This document shows positions 7,040 through 11,866 of a stretch of DNA of 11,866 nt, piece by piece. Location of the stretch: the NCBI GenBank assembly GCA_043810925.1, contig JBDRNT010000117.1, positions 1 to 11,866 on the forward strand, written 5' to 3'. This stretch comes from Candidatus Eiseniibacteriota bacterium. GTDB taxonomy: Bacteria > Arandabacterota > Arandabacteria > Arandabacterales > Arandabacteraceae. Every line of letters starts with the position of its first letter. Positions within the stretch are counted from its first letter, which is position 1. The notes under the pieces were generated by a model. The model did not search any database, had not been told where the DNA came from, and was given only the letters and a program-made list of their open reading frames with translations. The position numbers and the translations under genes are program-made.

Positions 7040-9520
7040 ATGAAAAGTACCGCTACTGCTGTTTTCTGTATTGCTTTGCTAGGCTTCACACTTTCCGCTC
7101 TTGCCGTCGACAGAGAACCCACCCGGGCGGAACTCGACAGGATAGAAGCGACCCGCCGGATGATCGATGAGAAGGGATACACCTGGAAAGCCGGTGTGAC
7201 ATCGGTGTCCCACCTTGCGCCCGAGGAATTTCAAAAGATCCTCGGCCTTAGACTACCGCCCGATTTTGAGGCGAGAAGACGGGACGCCGCAAACCACGGC
7301 AGGATGATCAGAGCGGTGCACGCCATGTACTTCCCCGCGGTTTTCGACTGGCGAACCCAGGGTGGTGTGACGTCTATCAAGAACCAGGGTGGGTGTGGCA
7401 GTTGCTGGGCTTTCTGCGCCGCCGCGGCGATGGAGTCTCAGATCCTCATACACAGTGGCATGGACGAAGACCTCTCGGAGCAGGCCGTGCTTGATTGTAA
7501 TACCGAGGGTGACGATTGCGGTGGCGGTTGGATGGAGAGCGCATACGATCTCTGGATGGACTACGGTGCCGTCCGGGAGGCATGTGTGCCGTATCACGAG
7601 GTGGATGATGAGCCATGCAGCCAGGAATCGTGTGAGGTCGCAGCGACGCTTGATGACTACTACTATGTCGGGGACACCGCGAATGACATCAAGCAGGCGG
7701 TCTTAAATGGTCCCGTTGCCGTAGCGATGTCGGTCTGCGGCGGCTTCGGATCGTATACTTCCGGATGCTATGAGGATTCCTGTATTGACATTAACCACGG
7801 TGTTACGATTGTCGGCTGGGATGACACGATGTGCGGTGGTGCAGGTGCCTGGATTGTCAAGAACAGCTGGGGCCCCGACTGGGGTGAGAACGGTTACATC
7901 TATATGAAATACGGCACCTGTCTGATCGGGTATGCCGCACAGGCGCTCAACCATACGCCCGGCCAGACAGTGCATTTCTTCCATGATTCCCACGCAATCG
8001 ATGATGCCGCCGGCGACGGTGACGGGTTCCCTGAGACCGGAGAACTGATTGTATTTCCGATCACGGTCCTCAATATCGGTGCTGAGACAGCCACTAACGT
8101 CGGCGGTCATCTTGAATGTCTTACTCCCGGGGTGAGTGTAATTGACAGCGTCGTTTCCTATCCCGATGTCCCCAAGGGTGAGTACCGGGAGTCCGACTCG
8201 CCTCACTTCTCCTTTACGGTGACACCGAGCGGGCCGGCTTGCGGTCAGGTGAGATTCCATCTTGTGGTTTCCTCAGACCAGGGAACCTCGGATGTCAATA
8301 TCACCGTGCAGTCAGGCGAGGTCATAACCCTGTTCAGTGACGACTTTGAGACCGACCAGGGTTGGACGGTCGGGGACGCCGGGGATGATGCGACGACGGG
8401 CCTCTGGGAGCGCGCCGATCCCGACCCGACCTGGTGGGGCAGCGAGGAAGTCCAGCCGGGGGATGATCACACGGACTCTCCCGGGACGCTGTGTTATGTG
8501 ACGGAGGCCGCCGGCGGCGCTTCGCAGGGCACCTACGATGTCGATGGCGGAAAGACGACACTCTTAAGTCCCACGATCGATCTATCGGATAAGGGCTCTG
8601 CACTTCTCTCGTACTACAGGTGGTACTCGAGTAACACCGGGTCCAATCCCAATGATGATGCCCTCGAAATCGACATATCCGACGACGATGGATCGACCTG
8701 GCATGATCTGGAAACACTGGAGTATAACGACCGTACGTGGAGACATATGGAGTTCTACCTTGAGGATTACATCACACTCACCGACCAGGTGAAGATCCGG
8801 TTCATTGCGCAGGATAACGGGCGCGGTGGGTCGATCGTTGAGGCTGCAGTCGACGATTTCTCGATCATGACCTGTCCCACGGGTACCTCCGATACGGAAC
8901 CTCCGGTTGTGACGGTGATCGCGCCGAACGGCGGAGAAGTATGCGGGTATGGCACCAACTATGACATCCAGTGGACTGCAACCGACAATGTCGCGGTGAT
9001 ATCCATAACGGTTCTTCTTTCGACCGACGGTGGTTTGAGCTTCCCCGATACGCTTGCAGTGGGGGAGCCCAATGATGGGTCGTTCACGTGGCCGGTACCC
9101 GACATCGACTCGAAGACTGCGAGGGTAAAGATAGTCGCCGTGGATGGGGCCCTGAATGAGGGGCTGGACGCAAGCGATGCCGATCTCACGCTCTGGGGTA
9201 CGGACTCGGGAATAGACGCCCCCGAACCGGTCCCCGTGCCGGAGGCGATCGTGCTGGACGTAGTCAATACCAATGCTATAACATGGGCTTCAAGGATAGT
9301 GTTTGGCTTACCGTCCGCTTCGCAAGTCACACTGGGTGTTTACGATGTGACAGGCAGGCATGTTGCGGAACTTGCCGGTGGGTGGAGAACCGAAGGCTAT
9401 CATGTGGTCGATTGGAATGGGGAGAGGCGATCGGGATCAAGGGTGAGCCCCGGGATCTATTTTGTGAGACTCGATTGCCGGGAAGGTGGGCTGACAGCAA
9501 AGGCAGTGATAACGAAGTAG
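7040..9520 (+). CDS. Secreted papain-family (C1A) cysteine peptidase with accessory beta-sandwich/jelly-roll domains, an Ig-like domain and a FlgD-Ig/T9SS-like C-terminal sorting domain
   Basis: Start reassigned to ATG 7040 (MKSTATAVFCIALLGFTLSALA signal peptide; 826 aa). Propeptide with WKAG; FDWR; QGGCGSCWAF (catalytic Cys 7403-7405); LSEQ; INHGVTIVGWD (His 7796-7798); WIVKNSWGPDWGENGY (Asn 7862-7864). C-terminus YDVTGRHV...WNGE...SPGIYFVRL...KAVITK. Confidence 0.92.
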   Translation: MKSTATAVFCIALLGFTLSALAVDREPTRAELDRIEATRRMIDEKGYTWKAGVTSVSHLAPEEFQKILGLRLPPDFEARRRDAANHGRMIRAVHAMYFPAVFDWRTQGGVTSIKNQGGCGSCWAFCAAAAMESQILIHSGMDEDLSEQAVLDCNTEGDDCGGGWMESAYDLWMDYGAVREACVPYHEVDDEPCSQESCEVAATLDDYYYVGDTANDIKQAVLNGPVAVAMSVCGGFGSYTSGCYEDSCIDINHGVTIVGWDDTMCGGAGAWIVKNSWGPDWGENGYIYMKYGTCLIGYAAQALNHTPGQTVHFFHDSHAIDDAAGDGDGFPETGELIVFPITVLNIGAETATNVGGHLECLTPGVSVIDSVVSYPDVPKGEYRESDSPHFSFTVTPSGPACGQVRFHLVVSSDQGTSDVNITVQSGEVITLFSDDFETDQGWTVGDAGDDATTGLWERADPDPTWWGSEEVQPGDDHTDSPGTLCYVTEAAGGASQGTYDVDGGKTTLLSPTIDLSDKGSALLSYYRWYSSNTGSNPNDDALEIDISDDDGSTWHDLETLEYNDRTWRHMEFYLEDYITLTDQVKIRFIAQDNGRGGSIVEAAVDDFSIMTCPTGTSDTEPPVVTVIAPNGGEVCGYGTNYDIQWTATDNVAVISITVLLSTDGGLSFPDTLAVGEPNDGSFTWPVPDIDSKTARVKIVAVDGALNEGLDASDADLTLWGTDSGIDAPEPVPVPEAIVLDVVNTNAITWASRIVFGLPSASQVTLGVYDVTGRHVAELAGGWRTEGYHVVDWNGERRSGSRVSPGIYFVRLDCREGGLTAKAVITK
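8891..9199 (+). repeat. Copy 1 of a duplicated 103-codon Ig-like domain (copy 2 at 10668-10976)
   Basis: Ungapped manual alignment gives ~63/103 identical residues (PVVTV..P.GGE...YGT...I.W.ATDN..V.SIT.LLSTDGG..FPDT...GE.ND..F.WPVPD.DS.TAR). Confidence 0.85.
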
Positions 9521-9548
9521 CAAGCCGACAACCAAGGAGGATATCGGT

Positions 9549-11297
9549 ATGAAGATGGTGGAGTGGACCTGCCCGCGGGGTCGATCAAGTCTGGTTTTCT
9601 TGGCTCTTCTGGTGGTTGCAGTAGCGGTTCCCGTATTGGCTGATGGCCTTCTGGATAAGTATGAACCGGTGGAGAGGTCGTTTGAACGAAGTGAAATCGG
9701 TGATAAGACGGTCTATTTTCACCAGCGAATGATCGATGATGCGATCGTCGAGAAAGACCACATCCTCTATCAGTTTGACAAGGAGACCGAGCAACTCCTT
9801 TTGAGGAGATCGAACTGGCGTGACGGTCTGCCTGAGCACCTGCCGCCGGGACTCATGGCGAGAGAGGACGCTGAGGCGATGGTCGAGGGCGAGGCCGTGA
9901 GCGCCGAGCTCTACTTCATATCTCCTGAGTCCGATGTTTTCCCGCTTGAGACCGTACCGGAGAATCCTTGCTGGGTTGTGAGAAGTCGAGATGGTGGCAG
10001 AATGGTCGTCACCATAATCGACGCTGTCGAGGCGAGGATGCTTGGATACGGCGTCCCCCCGCCGTACACGGCGTTCTCATTCACCGGCCCATGGGAATGC
10101 CCTTACTCCGGTGCGTGGACATCCTGGTCACAGAATGCCGAGACCTGGTTTAATACGATGGGCTACGTGACTGATGAGATCGTTTGGGCGGCCCTGTCCG
10201 AGATCAGGAGTCATGTGAAATCCGACAATACAGCGTTGTTTTACGAGTTGAATCATGGCGGCTCCACGAGTTTCAGCAATGGATGTGATGGCGAGTCGTT
10301 TGTATCGATCGGGTCCTGGCAGGTTGCGATGTGGATCACGGCCTTCGCAAAGATGCCGTTCACCTTTCTGGGAAGTTGCGAGGGGATGTGTGACATAGGG
10401 TCGGCCTCTTTCTCGTATGCATTCAGAAAGGGCTCGATGGATAGCACGACGACTGTTGGCTACTGCCACATGGATCAGAGCCAGTGCAATACCTGCTGGG
10501 GCTATTCAATCGATTGGCAGACTACGCTTTTCAATTACATGAACCAGGGCTATACGGTCAAAGCAGCATTTGATGAAGCCGGTGCCGCGTATCCTACATG
10601 CGCGAACAACGGATGCATGGTTTTTGCGGGGGATGAGGATTTTGCGGTGGTGCCGGTGGTTGAAAGGGATCCCTGGGCGCCTGTTGTTACGGTGGGCTCG
10701 CCTGACGGTGGCGAAATCCTGGAGTATGGGACCGATCACCTGATAGAGTGGGTCGCGACAGATAATGCCAGGGTGACCTCGATTACGATCCTGCTCTCGA
10801 CTGACGGTGGCGCGACCTTCCCGGATACGATTGCATCGGGCGAGGCCAATGACAGTACCTTCCTGTGGCCGGTGCCTGATGTGGACAGCAATACGGCGCG
10901 GATCAAGGTTGTCGCGGCGGACGGGGTCCCCCATGAGGGGTGGGATGTGAGTGACACGGATTTCACAATCCTCGGATCGATATCGGGTATAGAGCCTCTT
11001 GTCTCGAGGGAAACGCCGGATGAGTTGACTTTGTCGGTGACCGGCGGCAACCCGGTTTCTTCCGAGTCAAGGATCGAGTTCGGGATGCCCGCGGCTGGTC
11101 ACATCCGGCTGGCCCTGTATGATGTCAGCGGGCGGCATGTTACCGATCTTGTTGATGATCATGTATCTCAGGGTTACCATGTCATACAGTGGAACGGACG
11201 GACCGGATCGGGCACAAAGGTGGGAGCCGGCGTCTACTTCATGAGACTGAGCTCGGATGAGGCGGTACGAAAAGCAAAAGTAGTGATTGCACGGTAA
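9549..11297 (+). CDS. Secreted protein, putative clan CD (gingipain C25-like/caspase-fold) cysteine peptidase with an FTP/PepSY-like N-terminal region, an Ig-like domain and a FlgD-Ig/T9SS-like sorting domain
   Basis: 582 aa with SD AAGGAGG (9534-9540) and a signal peptide. ALFYELNHGG (His236) and FTFLGSC (Cys277) each follow a hydrophobic strand; later YTVKAAFDEA and MVFAGD. C-terminus YDVSGRHV...WNGR...GAGVYFMRL...KVVIAR. The CDS and sorting domain are secure; the peptidase call is motif-based. Confidence 0.75.
   Translation: MKMVEWTCPRGRSSLVFLALLVVAVAVPVLADGLLDKYEPVERSFERSEIGDKTVYFHQRMIDDAIVEKDHILYQFDKETEQLLLRRSNWRDGLPEHLPPGLMAREDAEAMVEGEAVSAELYFISPESDVFPLETVPENPCWVVRSRDGGRMVVTIIDAVEARMLGYGVPPPYTAFSFTGPWECPYSGAWTSWSQNAETWFNTMGYVTDEIVWAALSEIRSHVKSDNTALFYELNHGGSTSFSNGCDGESFVSIGSWQVAMWITAFAKMPFTFLGSCEGMCDIGSASFSYAFRKGSMDSTTTVGYCHMDQSQCNTCWGYSIDWQTTLFNYMNQGYTVKAAFDEAGAAYPTCANNGCMVFAGDEDFAVVPVVERDPWAPVVTVGSPDGGEILEYGTDHLIEWVATDNARVTSITILLSTDGGATFPDTIASGEANDSTFLWPVPDVDSNTARIKVVAADGVPHEGWDVSDTDFTILGSISGIEPLVSRETPDELTLSVTGGNPVSSESRIEFGMPAAGHIRLALYDVSGRHVTDLVDDHVSQGYHVIQWNGRTGSGTKVGAGVYFMRLSSDEAVRKAKVVIAR
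10668..10976 (+). repeat. Copy 2 of the duplicated Ig-like domain (copy 1 at 8891-9199)
   Basis: Same length and frame as copy 1, with visible DNA similarity, e.g. CGACTGACGGTGG...TTCCCGGATACG vs CGACCGACGGTGG...TTCCCCGATACG. Confidence 0.85.
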
Positions 11298-11304
11298 CAC
11301 ACCT

Positions 11305-11423
11305 GGGGTCAGGCTTGCATATCTGGACTTCTGCGGGGTGATCGGTGGGATCAGAGCTGAAGACCGCATACCGCAGTTTTCAGCTCTGACCCCGCAGAAG
11401 TCCAGATATGCAAGCCTGACCCC
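11305..11423. repeat. 119-bp long inverted repeat (REP/REPIN-like hairpin) with perfect 35-bp outer arms
   Basis: 11305-11339 GGGGTCAGGCTTGCATATCTGGACTTCTGCGGGGT is the exact reverse complement of 11389-11423. After a 12-nt bulge the stem continues, CAGAGCTGAA (11352-11361) pairing with TTCAGCTCTG (11379-11388). Confidence 0.9.
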
Positions 11424-11435
11424 AAAAGGCACATT

Positions 11436-11866
11436 ATGGAGCTCAAGTTAAATGGCAAGACGATCGAGGTGGTCGAGGGGGACATCACAAAGATCGAGGT
11501 CGATGCGATCGTAAATGCGGCGAATGAAGGGCTCCGTGGTGGCGGGGGAGTGGATGGTGCGATCCACAGGGCAGGCGGCCCGGCGATCATGGAGGAGTGT
11601 AGAAAGATAGGCCGCTGTCCTACGGGGTCGGCTGTTATGACAACCGGCGGCAGGCTCCCGGCAGGCTTTGTAATCCACACCGTGGGGCCGGTCTGGCATG
11701 GTGGCGGGCGTGGTGAGCCCGAGCTCCTTAAGAGCGCTTACCGGAGCAGTCTTAAGCTCGCAGATGACCATAAGCTTAAGAGCATCGCTTTTCCATCGAT
11801 CAGTACGGGCGTGTATGGTTTCCCCATCGAAGAGGCATGCCCGATTGCAATCACGGCGGCACTTGA
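11436..11866 (+). CDS. ymdB: Macrodomain protein, O-acetyl-ADP-ribose deacetylase / ADP-ribosylhydrolase (YmdB/MacroD type), 3' end outside window; not in the ORF track
   Basis: ATG 11436 reads [48 protein letters not shown]...[12 protein letters not shown]...[15 protein letters not shown], containing the canonical MacroD motifs. SD-like AAAAGG at 11424-11429. Confidence 0.93.
   Translation, partial: MELKLNGKTIEVVEGDITKIEVDAIVNAANEGLRGGGGVDGAIHRAGGPAIMEECRKIGRCPTGSAVMTTGGRLPAGFVIHTVGPVWHGGGRGEPELLKSAYRSSLKLADDHKLKSIAFPSISTGVYGFPIEEACPIAITAAL

Noticed and set aside
11305-11423. Tn3-family MITE (ends begin GGGGTC) or CRISPR repeat
   Set aside because: No 5-bp target duplication and no Tn3-type inner TAAG end. 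The repeats are inverted rather than direct, with no spacers or cas genes.
11436-11866. Macrodomain as a DarG antitoxin or anti-phage defence component
   Set aside because: The sequence is canonical housekeeping MacroD/YmdB type, and no ADP-ribosyltransferase (DarT) or sirtuin gene lies upstream; downstream context is outside the window.

Overview
GC-rich bacterial chromosomal window. The FlgD-Ig/T9SS-like C-terminal sorting domains suggest an FCB-superphylum lineage (inference). Left to right: (1) the 3' end and right terminus of an IS630-family insertion sequence; (2) a minus-strand three-gene operon encoding an OprO/OprP-family porin, a secreted double lamin-tail-domain protein and a dCache sensor histidine kinase with no receiver domain, preceded by a candidate sigma28-type promoter; (3) a RimJ/RimL-type GNAT acetyltransferase translationally coupled to a 58-aa four-cysteine ORF; (4) an uncharacterised 'LGAPFWxD' membrane protein; (5) two tandem secreted proteins that share a duplicated Ig-like domain and a sorting domain: a papain-family C1A peptidase and a putative clan CD (gingipain/caspase-fold) peptidase with an apparent thermolysin-type FTP/PepSY propeptide; (6) a 119-bp GGGGTCAG-type REP-like hairpin; (7) the 5' part of a macrodomain (YmdB-like) gene. 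The most interesting items are the chimeric clan CD protease and its partner, the porin-LTD-kinase module and the REP-like hairpin. All family calls are motif recognition by eye; no searches were run.
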